A stretch of 64,000 bases of DNA, taken from NCBI GenBank assembly GCA_934168365.1, contig CAKPNJ010000001.1:20967-84966 (forward strand), read 5' to 3'. Under the pieces are notes generated by a model. The model had not been told where the DNA came from, ran no database searches, and saw only the letters and a list, made by a program, of their open reading frames with translations. Position numbers and translations under genes: made by a program. Shown here one piece after another: positions 44,792 to 54,616 of this stretch. Each line of letters starts with the position of its first letter. Within the stretch, counting starts at the first letter, position 1. The stretch comes from an uncultured Clostridia bacterium (lineage in GTDB: Bacteria; Bacillota; Clostridia; TANB77; CAG-508).

Positions 44792-46027
44792 ATGGGCAAG
44801 ACGATTCAATTTGGGTTGGGTTTTGTAACAGGAAGACCTAATGTATGTAAAGTAATAAATAATACTTATGAACAATTAGTAAACCAATTTAAAGATTTAG
44901 ATGACAAAGTTGAACTAACAGCCTTTGTTTTATTTGATTTAGGGTATCAATATACAACAAGGGTTGATTTTTATGGCTTAATGCCGAATGTATATAAAGA
45001 TATAAAAATTAAATATATTACTCCAGAAGACATTGAAGAAATGAAAAAAAGGTTAATAGGAAGAGAAAGGCTAACTAAGGAAGAAGCAGAATTGTTTTTT
45101 GGACATGGACATGCAAAAGGCAGAAACACTTTAATGTATTATGCACTATTAAGAGGTATGGACTATTTGCTATTTTGGGATGATGATGAATATCCTGTAG
45201 CTTGTATAAAAGATGAAGGTGCAAAAGAAATTACATGGAAAAAGCAAGATAATGTGCGTATGCATTATAACTATATACAGGATGCAGATGTAACAATAGG
45301 ATATCATTGTGGATATATATCACCTATTCCATATGTTGAACTAAATGAAGATGTTGACGAAAGACTATTTAGGCAATACATAGAAGCAATTAGTAATGAT
45401 ATAATTTCATGGGATTCAATAAAAGAAAAATTTACAAAATATAATGGAGTTACATATGCAAATAATGAAATTAGTAATGGAGAAGGAGCATATGAACTTG
45501 AAAGTGATGGAATAGGGAAATGGGTTGCAGGTTCTACCTTATGTTTAAACCTAAAACATATTGATAAAATACCAGCATTTTATAACCCAGAAGGTGCAAG
45601 AGGAGAAGACACATTCTTTTCTACTAAATTAAATGACTCAAAGGTAGTAAGAGTACCTGTTTATCATTTCCATGATGGATTTTTAAAATATACAAATATA
45701 TTAAGGGAAAAATACCCAAAAACTTTAAGAAAAATAAAAGTTGAAGATGAACAAATTGCTAAGAGATTTATTCAAGCTTCAAGAGGCTGGATTAAATATA
45801 AACCACTATTTCAATACATAACACATAAAGAAATATATAAAGAGAAAATTAAAGAGACATACGAAAAATTAAAAACAGGAATTATAGAAGTAAATAAATT
45901 ATTTGAAAATGAAGATTGTAATGTATTGTTAGAAGACTTAACTAAGTATGACAAAAATGTAAAAAAACATTATAATGAATATTTAAAAACAAATGAGATT
46001 TGGGACAAGCTAAAATCAGAAATATAA
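44792..46027 (+). CDS. Hypothetical protein, possibly a GT-A-fold glycosyltransferase
   Basis: LLFWDDDEYP is DxD-like and ARGEDTFF is ED-like. No closer family was recognised. It is co-directional with the TagF-like gene that follows. Confidence 0.4.
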   Translation: MGKTIQFGLGFVTGRPNVCKVINNTYEQLVNQFKDLDDKVELTAFVLFDLGYQYTTRVDFYGLMPNVYKDIKIKYITPEDIEEMKKRLIGRERLTKEEAELFFGHGHAKGRNTLMYYALLRGMDYLLFWDDDEYPVACIKDEGAKEITWKKQDNVRMHYNYIQDADVTIGYHCGYISPIPYVELNEDVDERLFRQYIEAISNDIISWDSIKEKFTKYNGVTYANNEISNGEGAYELESDGIGKWVAGSTLCLNLKHIDKIPAFYNPEGARGEDTFFSTKLNDSKVVRVPVYHFHDGFLKYTNILREKYPKTLRKIKVEDEQIAKRFIQASRGWIKYKPLFQYITHKEIYKEKIKETYEKLKTGIIEVNKLFENEDCNVLLEDLTKYDKNVKKHYNEYLKTNEIWDKLKSEI

Positions 46028-46041
46028 AGGAAATTGTATTT

Positions 46042-47661
46042 ATGAAAAAAAGTGTTAATTTAGTTAATGTTAAAATTGTTGAAGATAGAATTGCAAACAT
46101 TGAGATTTTATATAAAACAAATAATGAAACTCATAATATAAAAGCATATTTAAAAACTGAACATCAAAACTATGATTTTGATGTTCAAACATATTCATTT
46201 TCACAAGAAGTGAATTATAATAAACTTACTTTAAATATAAAAATTGACACCGAAAATATATACAAATTTATCTTAGAGGATAATAACCAAAAGTTTGAAG
46301 ATGTAGAATTCTTAGACAACAAAGACAAAAAAATAAATGAACTAGAAATACCATATAAAGTTTTTATAAAAGGCTCTACTCTAGCTATAGACGGTGAAAC
46401 GGCAACATTTACTGTGACAAAATACAAAATATTTGGAAAACTTAAATATGAATTATCTAAAATATTTAAAGCTAGAAAATTATATCACAAATGGTATATT
46501 CTAAATTTGTTTAAAACAGGAGAAAAATATTATTTATTAAATGACAGAATTATGTATGGAGACGATAATGCAGAGCAATTGTTTAGATACATAAATCAAG
46601 AAGACAAAAATTTTAGTAAATACACGTATTTCGTGTTAGATAAAAATTCCCCTAATTTTAAAGATATTAGCAAAGCTGGAAAAGTGCTAAAATATGGGTC
46701 TTTAAAGCATAAATTAAAATACATAAATAGCAAAATGATAATGTCATCACATGCTAGTTATTATGACAGAGTATTTAATCCATTTAATGAACAAGAAATG
46801 TCAGTTTATAAAGATAAAATAAATAAACAATTTGTATTTTTACAACATGGAGTTATAATGAATGATGTTCATAACTTTTTGAACAGAGAGCACATTATAG
46901 CAGATTTATTTATTACAACTACAAAGCCAGAATATGAGGATATAGCACAAAACTATATGTATGATAAAAATGCAATTGTATGTACTGGACTTGCTAGGTT
47001 TGATAGACTAAAAGATGAAAGAAAAAAGATAATTTTAATAGCACCTACTTGGAGAGCGTTTTTAGAAAATGTAGAATACTCAAATGACAAAGAAAACTCA
47101 CTAGAGGAGTCAGAGTTTTATAAAAAATATCAAAGCTTATTAAACAAAAAAGAAATATTAGATGAAATAAAAAAATATGGATACAAAATTCAGTTTTTGT
47201 TACATCCAGCATCAGAAAAATATAAGCAAAGCTTTTTAAATTTACAAAATGAAAACGTAGAGGTTTTATCAACCAAAGATATAAGATACTCTACATTATT
47301 TAAAGAATGTGCATTATTTATTACAGACTATTCAAGCACACATTTTGATGTAGCATTTTTACAAAAACCAATTATATATTATCAATTTGACCAAGAAAAA
47401 TTCTTTACAGCACATTATAATAGAGGCTATTTTGACTATGGAAAAGATGGATTTGGAGAATTGATTAAAGATGAAGACGATATAGTAAACAAAATTATTT
47501 TTTACATAAAAAATAATTGCCAAATAGAAGAAAAATATAAAAACACTATAGAAAACACATTTCATTATTTAGATCATAATAATTCAAAAAGAACTTTAGA
47601 AGAAATAAAAAAAATAAGTAAAAAACATGAAAAAAATTATAGATTTAATTTAGTACACTAA
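46042..47661 (+). CDS. CDP-glycerol glycerophosphotransferase (TagB/TagF family) with an extra N-terminal domain
   Basis: The C-terminal roughly 370 aa show the TagF pattern (LLNDRIMYGDDNAEQLFRY, ILIAPTWR, LHPA, LITDYSS..FD). The ATG at 46042 follows aaggaaa. Confidence 0.7.
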   Translation: MKKSVNLVNVKIVEDRIANIEILYKTNNETHNIKAYLKTEHQNYDFDVQTYSFSQEVNYNKLTLNIKIDTENIYKFILEDNNQKFEDVEFLDNKDKKINELEIPYKVFIKGSTLAIDGETATFTVTKYKIFGKLKYELSKIFKARKLYHKWYILNLFKTGEKYYLLNDRIMYGDDNAEQLFRYINQEDKNFSKYTYFVLDKNSPNFKDISKAGKVLKYGSLKHKLKYINSKMIMSSHASYYDRVFNPFNEQEMSVYKDKINKQFVFLQHGVIMNDVHNFLNREHIIADLFITTTKPEYEDIAQNYMYDKNAIVCTGLARFDRLKDERKKIILIAPTWRAFLENVEYSNDKENSLEESEFYKKYQSLLNKKEILDEIKKYGYKIQFLLHPASEKYKQSFLNLQNENVEVLSTKDIRYSTLFKECALFITDYSSTHFDVAFLQKPIIYYQFDQEKFFTAHYNRGYFDYGKDGFGELIKDEDDIVNKIIFYIKNNCQIEEKYKNTIENTFHYLDHNNSKRTLEEIKKISKKHEKNYRFNLVH

Positions 47662-47688
47662 AATATGTAAAAAGGGATGATGTAATAA

Positions 47689-48151
47689 ATGGAAAACTAT
47701 ATTGTAAAAAGATATGAAGAAAATGCTCAATTAGAAAAAGCAATAAAAAGTTTAACTAATCAAGTTATGGTTGTAGAAAATCGGCTTTGAAATTTTTAGC
47801 AAGAACTATTTAGAAAAAAACTACAATGACGAGGATTTATACATATGGTATATAGAGCAAGAAGGCAAAATACTAGCGACAATGATGCTTAAGAAGTTGG
47901 AAGACAGTGTTGGCAGAATTGAAAATGTTTGTTGTGATATAGAATATAGAGGAAAAGGTTTGGCAAAACAACTGTTAGATGAAGTATTTAGTTTTGCAAT
48001 TCAAACTCTCAATTTAGAGAAGTTACAATTAGGAACTTATGAAAGCTTAGGTAGAGCAATTAATTTTTATTTAAAAAACGGTTTTGTTGAAAAAGAGGAG
48101 TTGAGAGATTCTACCACACATGCTAGATATTATGAAATGATATTAAATTAA
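47689..48151 (+). pseudogene. GNAT acetyltransferase interrupted by a frameshift near 47777-47780 (A-run)
   Basis: Frame 1 reads MENYIVKRYEENAQLEKAIKSLTNQVMVVE... and stops at 47888..47890. The +1 frame continues KIGFEIFSKNY...IENVCCDIEYRGKGLAKQLL...LKNGF (acetyl-CoA motif). Total length is 463 nt, which is 3n+1. Confidence 0.65.
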
Positions 48152-48164
48152 AGAGGAAAATTAA

Positions 48165-48722
48165 ATGTATTTAATAGTAGGACTAGGAAATCCTGAGCCA
48201 GAGTATAGCTACACAAGGCATAATATGGGATTTGACGTAATTAATAAAATAGCAAGAAAATGTGAAATTGATATTTCAAGAACAAAATTTAATGGTTTAT
48301 ATGGAAGTGGGATTATAAAAGACGAAAAGGTTATTTTATTAAAACCACAAACGTATATGAATCTAAGTGGTCAATCCATAAAACCATTTGTGGACTTTTA
48401 CAAAATACCATTGGAAAACGTAATAGTTATATATGACGATATGGATGTTTCAGTAGGAAGTATCAAAATAAGAAAAAAAGGCGGACCAGGAACACATAAT
48501 GGTGCAAAGTCTGTAGTACATGAGCTTGTATCAGAAGACTTTCCAAGAATTAGAGTTGGAATTGGTAAGCCAGTGGATGAATATGATGCAATTGATTATG
48601 TTATAGGAAAATTAGATGAAGAAAAATATAAGGCATTAGAAGTGGGAATAAATAGGGCTGCAGATGCAACTATTTATTATATAGAACACGGAATAGATAA
48701 TGCAATGAATAAGTTTAATTAA
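48165..48722 (+). CDS. pth: Peptidyl-tRNA hydrolase
   Basis: MYLIVGLGNPEPEYSYTRHNMGF and GGPGTHNG(AK)S signatures; 185 aa. Confidence 0.95.
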   Translation: MYLIVGLGNPEPEYSYTRHNMGFDVINKIARKCEIDISRTKFNGLYGSGIIKDEKVILLKPQTYMNLSGQSIKPFVDFYKIPLENVIVIYDDMDVSVGSIKIRKKGGPGTHNGAKSVVHELVSEDFPRIRVGIGKPVDEYDAIDYVIGKLDEEKYKALEVGINRAADATIYYIEHGIDNAMNKFN

Positions 48723-48742
48723 CAGCTATAGAAAGGGAAAGT

Positions 48743-49948
48743 ATGCAAGAGGTAATAATTAGTCAAGACAAGCAAAACAATAAAATAGTTGCTCTAGTAG
48801 AAAATGGAAAATTAGTTGAAAAATATGAGGAAAGACCAGAGCAAAAAAGACTAGAAGGAAATATATATTTAGGAAAAGTAGAAAATGTATTAGTTGGTAT
48901 GCAAGCTGCTTTTGTTGATATTGGAGTAGAAAAAAATACTTTTATACATATAAAAGATATTATTCCAAAAGTAAGCAATGAAACAGGTAACAAAAACGAA
49001 ACATTAAGCAAATATGATATAAAAAATTATATACACACAGGAATGCCAATATTAGTACAAGTAAAAAGGGACAGCACAAATAAAAAAGGTGCAAGAGTTT
49101 CTACACATGTTACTATCCCAGGCAGATTTGTAGTGTTAATGCCAAATTCAGAGTTTATTACAATTTCTAAAAAAATCGAAAAAGACCAAGAAAGAAAAAG
49201 ACTTACAGACTTAGCAAAAAGTGTTTTACCACAAGGCTTTGGACTTATTATAAGAACTTCAGCAGAAGGAAAAGAAAAAGAACTAATACAAAAAGATATA
49301 GAGGGAGTTATACAACAATATAACGAAATAATTAAAAAGGCTCAAGCTCTTGAAAAATCAAGCAACTTTAATCCAGTAGATCTATACTCAAACAATGGAA
49401 TTGTAGAAAAAATATTAACTGATATTATTGACCAAGATTTACAAAGAATAATAACTAACAATTTAGAAATAAACAAATATGTTCAAAAGTTTTTACAAGA
49501 TACAGGACTTGAATCAAAGATAAAATTAGAGTTAAAACAAAATGAAAATGTGTTAAATATATATGATATAGAAGATCAAATAGAAAAATCGAATAATCGT
49601 AAAATCTGGTTGAAATGTGGAGGTTTTATAACTATTGATAAAACAGAAGCTTTAACAGCAATTGATGTGAATTCAGGTAAATATGTAGGTAGCAAAGATT
49701 TAGAACAAACAGTATTTACAGTTAATAAAGAGGCAACTATTGAAATTGCAAAACAACTACGATTAAGAGATATCGGCGGAATTATAATTATAGATTACAT
49801 AGATATGGAGAAAAAAGAAACAAAACAAAAAATACTAGAAATATTAGAAGAACACGTAAAAAAAGACCGTTCAAAAATCCAGATAGTAGGGTTCACACCA
49901 TTAGATCTACTTGAAGTTACAAGAAAGCATATGTGTAGTAATGATTAG
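48743..49948 (+). CDS. rng: RNase E/G-family ribonuclease (RNase G-like)
   Basis: S1 domain (GNIYLGKVENVLVGMQAAFVDIG), then the DNase I-like catalytic region (TEALTAIDVNSGKY, IIIIDYIDM). Confidence 0.85.
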   Translation: MQEVIISQDKQNNKIVALVENGKLVEKYEERPEQKRLEGNIYLGKVENVLVGMQAAFVDIGVEKNTFIHIKDIIPKVSNETGNKNETLSKYDIKNYIHTGMPILVQVKRDSTNKKGARVSTHVTIPGRFVVLMPNSEFITISKKIEKDQERKRLTDLAKSVLPQGFGLIIRTSAEGKEKELIQKDIEGVIQQYNEIIKKAQALEKSSNFNPVDLYSNNGIVEKILTDIIDQDLQRIITNNLEINKYVQKFLQDTGLESKIKLELKQNENVLNIYDIEDQIEKSNNRKIWLKCGGFITIDKTEALTAIDVNSGKYVGSKDLEQTVFTVNKEATIEIAKQLRLRDIGGIIIIDYIDMEKKETKQKILEILEEHVKKDRSKIQIVGFTPLDLLEVTRKHMCSND

Positions 49949-49964
49949 TGAAAGGGATGTATAA

Positions 49965-50559
49965 ATGAAAAAAGTACCAGAGTGGAATTACAAATTTCTA
50001 AGACCACTAGCAATAGTATTATTAAAAATTATATATCAACCTAAGGTAATAAATAAACAAGCAATACCCAAAGAGGGACCAATAATTTTAGCAGGAAATC
50101 ATAAAGCATATCCAGACCCAGTATTAGTAGGAAGCTGTACTAGGAGAGTAATACACTTTTTCATAAAAGATGTATATACAAATAGCATATTAGGTCCATT
50201 TTTCAAAAGTTTGCGGAGTATTGCCAGTACATGTAGGAAAATTGCATAAGGAATCTTTTGAAAATGCAATAAATCTACTAAAAGAAGAGAAATCGATAGG
50301 TATATTTCCGGAAGGAACTAGAAATAAGACAGACCAATTACTATTACCATTAAGAAAAGGAACTACATTATTAGCTAAAAAAACAAATGCAAAAATAATA
50401 CCATTTGCAATTACAGGAAAATACAGACCATTTGGAGGTTTGACAATAGAATTTGGAGAACCAATAGATGTGACGAATATGGATACGACAGAAGCAAATA
50501 CAGTACTAACTGAGAAGATAATGGATTTATTATTAAAAAGAATAGGTGATAAAAAATGA
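49965..50559 (+). pseudogene. plsC: 1-acyl-sn-glycerol-3-phosphate acyltransferase interrupted by a +1 frameshift near 50214
   Basis: The first frame has NHKAYPDP (the HX4D acyltransferase motif) and ends ...FFKSL, then runs out of frame. The +1 frame continues GVLPVHVGK...IGIFPEGTRN (the second conserved block). Length is 595 nt, which is 3n+1. Confidence 0.75.
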
Positions 50560-51425
50560 AGTATATATTTATAGTTAATCCTGAGTCAGCAAAAGGTAAT
50601 GCAATGAAAATAATAGGAAACATTGAAAAGGTATGCAAACAAGAACATATAGAATATGAAGTATGCTATACTTTAGCACAAGGAGATGCCACTAGATTAG
50701 CCCAAAGTTATAAAGACGATGAAAACATTATATATGCTGTTGGAGGAGATGGAACATTATCTGAAGTGTTAAATGGGGTAATAGGAACAAAAAACAAAAT
50801 CGGTATAATACCAGCAGGTTCAGGTAATGACTTTTATCGTACAGTAAAAGAGCTTGCCAAAGCAGAGATAGAATCAGATGTTGGGGTGGTAAATGGAAAA
50901 TACTTTTTAAATATTGCATGTGTTGGAATTGATGCAGAAGTTGCTAACAATGTACCTTTAATGAAAAAGAAAAATGTTAAAGTGAAAAATCTATATACAG
51001 CAAGTATTTTATACACTTTTACACATTTTAAATTTAAACAAATACACTTCAAATCACAAGAAAAGGATGAAAAAGGAAACTTTACAATACTTAGTATTTG
51101 TAATGGTAGGTATTATGGTGGAGGCTATAACATATCTCCAAAAGCAAGTTTAGAGGATAACTATTTTGATGTATATTATATAAATAAGCTAAGATTACCA
51201 TCAATTATAAACTTACTTTTGAAATTAAAAAAAGGAAAACTTGAACAAGATAAAAGAACAAACCATTTTAAAACAAACAATATTACAGTAACATCAGAAG
51301 AACCAATTAGATTTAATGTTGATGGAGAAACAATAGAAAATACAAAATTTGAAATAAAAATCATACCAAAAGCAATAAAAATATATCATAATGCAGAATT
51401 AGAAAGTAAATTTTTGTCAGTTTAG
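50556..51425 (+). CDS. dagK: DAGK-family lipid kinase (DagK/YegS-like)
   Basis: IYAVGGDGTLSEV and IIPAGSGNDF motifs. ATGA start/stop overlap with plsC. Confidence 0.85.
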   Translation: MKYIFIVNPESAKGNAMKIIGNIEKVCKQEHIEYEVCYTLAQGDATRLAQSYKDDENIIYAVGGDGTLSEVLNGVIGTKNKIGIIPAGSGNDFYRTVKELAKAEIESDVGVVNGKYFLNIACVGIDAEVANNVPLMKKKNVKVKNLYTASILYTFTHFKFKQIHFKSQEKDEKGNFTILSICNGRYYGGGYNISPKASLEDNYFDVYYINKLRLPSIINLLLKLKKGKLEQDKRTNHFKTNNITVTSEEPIRFNVDGETIENTKFEIKIIPKAIKIYHNAELESKFLSV

Positions 51426-51450
51426 AGTTTATAACTCTAACTGACATTTT
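51416..51450 (+). terminator. Terminator hairpin overlapping the dagK stop
   Basis: gtcagtttagagtt-tat-aactctaactgac followed by atttt. Confidence 0.6.
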
Positions 51451-51466
51451 GTTAAAGGAGAAAACA

Positions 51467-52135
51467 GTGAGAATCAGATATAAGCCATGGGCTAGAAAAG
51501 AACTAGAAGAAAGTAAATTTTATAGAGAACATCCAGAAGAAATAATAGGAAACTGGAAGAATGAATATACAAGACCAGACCAACCTTTATTTGTTGAGCT
51601 AGGTTGCGGAAAAGGTGGATTTATATCACAAAAAGCATTTTTACATCCAGAAAATAACTATTTGGCAATTGATTTAGTAGACCCAATGCTAGGTTTGGCA
51701 AAAAGAAAAGTTGAAGAAGTATATACTCAAGGCAATAGAGATATAGACAACATTATACTTACTCGTTTTGATATTGAAAGAATTTTATTGATTTTAAATA
51801 AACAAGATTCAATTGAAGGAATATACATAAATTTCTGTAACCCTTGGCCAAGAGGTAAACATCACAAAAAAAGATTGACATATACCAGACAACTTGAGCA
51901 CTATAAAGAGTTCTTAAAAACTGGTGGAAAAATTTATTTTAAAACAGATGATGATAATTTATTTGAAGAAAGCATACATTACTTTGAAAATGCAGGTTTT
52001 GAAATTGAAAAACTTACAAGAGATTTACAAAAAGAACCAGACTTTTGGGAAAACATTGAAACAGAACACGAGAAAATGTTTTCAGAACAAGGAATAAAAA
52101 TAAAAGCACTTATTTGCAATTTGACAGAAAAATAA
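51467..52135 (+). CDS. trmB: tRNA (guanine46-N7)-methyltransferase
   Basis: FVELGCGKGGF (SAM motif), NFCNPWP and HKKRL signatures. The GTG at 51467 follows aaaggaga. Confidence 0.85.
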   Translation: MRIRYKPWARKELEESKFYREHPEEIIGNWKNEYTRPDQPLFVELGCGKGGFISQKAFLHPENNYLAIDLVDPMLGLAKRKVEEVYTQGNRDIDNIILTRFDIERILLILNKQDSIEGIYINFCNPWPRGKHHKKRLTYTRQLEHYKEFLKTGGKIYFKTDDDNLFEESIHYFENAGFEIEKLTRDLQKEPDFWENIETEHEKMFSEQGIKIKALICNLTEK

Positions 52136-52189
52136 TATATAATAACATTCGTAAAGTAAAAAATAATTAAGAGAAAAAGGAGAATAATA

Positions 52190-52612
52190 ATGAAAATTGA
52201 TAAGATAATGACAATTATAATAATTATTATATCTGTTATTAATATAATACTTATAGTATTAGGAAATATAGAATATGCGAATCAAAAAGGCTTTTTCGAT
52301 ATATATGGATCAATAGTATTATTAGTTGCTCAATGTTTTAATATAGTAGCAATTATATTGAAATATATAAAAGGTAATTTATTTGTAAAAGGACAGAGAA
52401 AGATATTAGTGAGTATAATACTAATTATTTTAGTTACAGCATTTATACCTGTTAAGAAAGAAGAAACTATAGTACGATATCCAATAGCTGATATGGCTAA
52501 CGCAACGCTTATAGAAAAAATGTATGCATCTGGAGTAACGAAAGTTTCTCATAAAAATTTATATGGAATTACTATATATGAAGATACTGAATATTTGAGC
52601 TCTTATACATAA
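52190..52612 (+). CDS. Hypothetical membrane protein (3 TM segments plus a short tail)
   Basis: RBS aaaggaga. Hydrophobic segments IMTIIIIIISVINIILIVL, IVLLVAQCFNIVAIIL and ILVSIILIILVTAFI. Confidence 0.45.
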   Translation: MKIDKIMTIIIIIISVINIILIVLGNIEYANQKGFFDIYGSIVLLVAQCFNIVAIILKYIKGNLFVKGQRKILVSIILIILVTAFIPVKKEETIVRYPIADMANATLIEKMYASGVTKVSHKNLYGITIYEDTEYLSSYT

Positions 52613-52622
52613 TATGCTATTT

Positions 52623-52640
52623 GGTGCCAATGGGGACGGA
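52623..52640 (+). repeat. Partial copy of the GGTGCCAATGGGGACGG repeat
   Basis: ggtgccaatggggacgg is identical over 17 nt to 56792..56808. It lies between convergent genes. Confidence 0.6.
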
Positions 52641-52726
52641 GAATTTTGGAACGTTTCAAATTGATTTTAAATAAAGATAAATCGATTATTAAAACATGCC
52701 GAAATTTCCTATCTCCACTTGCATAT

Positions 52727-54454
52727 TTATTTTTCAACTACTGGTGGGATAAAATTCTCAATAGCATCTTTTAATTTAGGGTGATGAATTACAAAATGTA
52801 TAGAAGGACTACTAGCCTTTGAAATCATAACCCATTCCTTTCCACAAAATAGAATTTGTATATTTCTAAAAGTATGGTAACAATTAGTATTTAATTTATA
52901 GTTATCAACTTTTTTCTCATAATTTTTAGTTAGTTTTAAATGTTCTAAATATTCCTCATAATTATAGCAGATTTTGCCTTCATAAAAACTATCTGAAAGA
53001 GAAAGAGTAGGAGGAAATGCCTCAAAATCTTCTTTTGAAAGTTCTGTTATCTCATCTTCAAAAGTATTTTCTTTTAACACCATTTTTATCAATTTTTTCT
53101 GCCCATTGACTGCATTTAATATATTTTCAGTGTCCTGTTTAGAAAGGTTATTACGTTTTAAAATCTTTAAAAGCAACTCTTCTGATATAGTGTGAATTGG
53201 TAAAGAAGACACTATTCTTCTACGAGGGTAATTGATTTTGGCACTTGAAGCCATAAATACAGAAAATGCATTTTTTGATTCTGCTCTATAAATTTCCATA
53301 AGAGGAGTAGCTTTACTAAGTAAGCACTTTGCCTTTTCTTTATAGTATGCAATTTCAGACTTAGAACTTGTTAAATAATATTTTCCTTTATTATGGTATC
53401 CGTTTATACATTCTCCTGTAAGAGCAGCAGCTCCTGAAACATAATTAAAATGGCAGTATATTGAATTTGGAATACCTTTTAGAAAATATGGAGAAACTTG
53501 GCCTGTCATATAAATAGGAATCCAACTTTCTAAACCTAACATCATCTCATTAAAAGGTCTATCTAAGTTATGAATAATATTCAAGTGTAAGCCTTTCTTC
53601 AAAGTCATTGCAATGGCGAACATCCACTTTTTACCGAAATCTACATCTTCAGCCATATCTTCCATAGGCATGTCACTACACATAAAAACAGGTTCTTCTG
53701 ATTTTGAAAAAACTGTAGCTTTAAAAAAGTCTAACTCTCCTTTTTTCATTTCCTCTATACCATAATAATTTTTAGAAGAAGATTTATAAAAAGGTACAAA
53801 AGGAACCTTCATTTCATCAAAGTGAATAGCTTTTATATATTGACCTAAATCAAACTCATCTAAATTTTTAAGAAAATTACTAATAGAATCTAAATCGGGA
53901 GAAGTATTAGTAGAAAACCAACTCTCCAACTTAGATAAATAGTTAGCATCTTTTAAATCTTCAACTTCACAACCAATAAGCAAAGCAATAGTTTCTTTAT
54001 TAGCCTGAGATGTATATTTGGTAACTATAAATTTACAAACAGACTCAATAAAATCTTTTGGTTTTGCTGGGCTTCTATTACCTGTACGAATTTTAGATAA
54101 GAAAGAAGCATCATAACCAATAGAACGAGCTAAATCAGCAACACTAATATTTAAAGCAGAAATTATTTCATTGAAATTTTTACTTAATTGTTCAAAATCA
54201 ATAAATACAGCATTTAAAGTATTAGCTAAATTGTTATAAATTTCATCTTGTGAAACATCAATTTTCTTATCAGTAGCAACAGAATGAAGACCTTTTACTA
54301 ATTGCTCAAGTTGTTTACTTTTTATACTAGGAGTTCTATCTCCATTACGATAACGGCTAACAACTGTAGAAGATAAACCAGATGCTGTTACTAGTTCTTG
54401 AGAAGAACAATCAAATTGTTCTAAATATTTGTTTAATTGTTCACTAAAAGTCAT
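52727..54454 (-). CDS. Large transcriptional regulator with two N-terminal XRE-type HTH domains and an unrecognised roughly 400-aa C-terminal domain
   Basis: HTH 1 is SSQELVTASGLSSTVVSRYRNGDRTPS. HTH 2 is SVADLARSIGYDASFLSKIRTGNRSP. The remainder has no recognised motif. Confidence 0.6.
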   Translation of the reverse strand: MTFSEQLNKYLEQFDCSSQELVTASGLSSTVVSRYRNGDRTPSIKSKQLEQLVKGLHSVATDKKIDVSQDEIYNNLANTLNAVFIDFEQLSKNFNEIISALNISVADLARSIGYDASFLSKIRTGNRSPAKPKDFIESVCKFIVTKYTSQANKETIALLIGCEVEDLKDANYLSKLESWFSTNTSPDLDSISNFLKNLDEFDLGQYIKAIHFDEMKVPFVPFYKSSSKNYYGIEEMKKGELDFFKATVFSKSEEPVFMCSDMPMEDMAEDVDFGKKWMFAIAMTLKKGLHLNIIHNLDRPFNEMMLGLESWIPIYMTGQVSPYFLKGIPNSIYCHFNYVSGAAALTGECINGYHNKGKYYLTSSKSEIAYYKEKAKCLLSKATPLMEIYRAESKNAFSVFMASSAKINYPRRRIVSSLPIHTISEELLLKILKRNNLSKQDTENILNAVNGQKKLIKMVLKENTFEDEITELSKEDFEAFPPTLSLSDSFYEGKICYNYEEYLEHLKLTKNYEKKVDNYKLNTNCYHTFRNIQILFCGKEWVMISKASSPSIHFVIHHPKLKDAIENFIPPVVEK

Positions 54455-54616
54455 ATTAAACCTCCGTTAATTTGCTTATTTATATTAGCACAAAATCACA
54501 CAAAAATCAACTACCGGATAGTCACGGAAAAATTGGTAAAAATACTATAAAATCTAGATTTTTATATTAGCATTGTAGTATAATAAACAAAGAAAATAAG
54601 AAAAGGAGAAGTAACT

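Noticed and set aside
50221-50559. 112-aa ORF treated by the track as an independent gene.
   Set aside because: Its 'Met' is a TTG inside the continuation of plsC. The sequence upstream in the same frame (GV before LPVHVGK) joins seamlessly to the first plsC fragment after removing one base. It is therefore part of a frameshifted gene.
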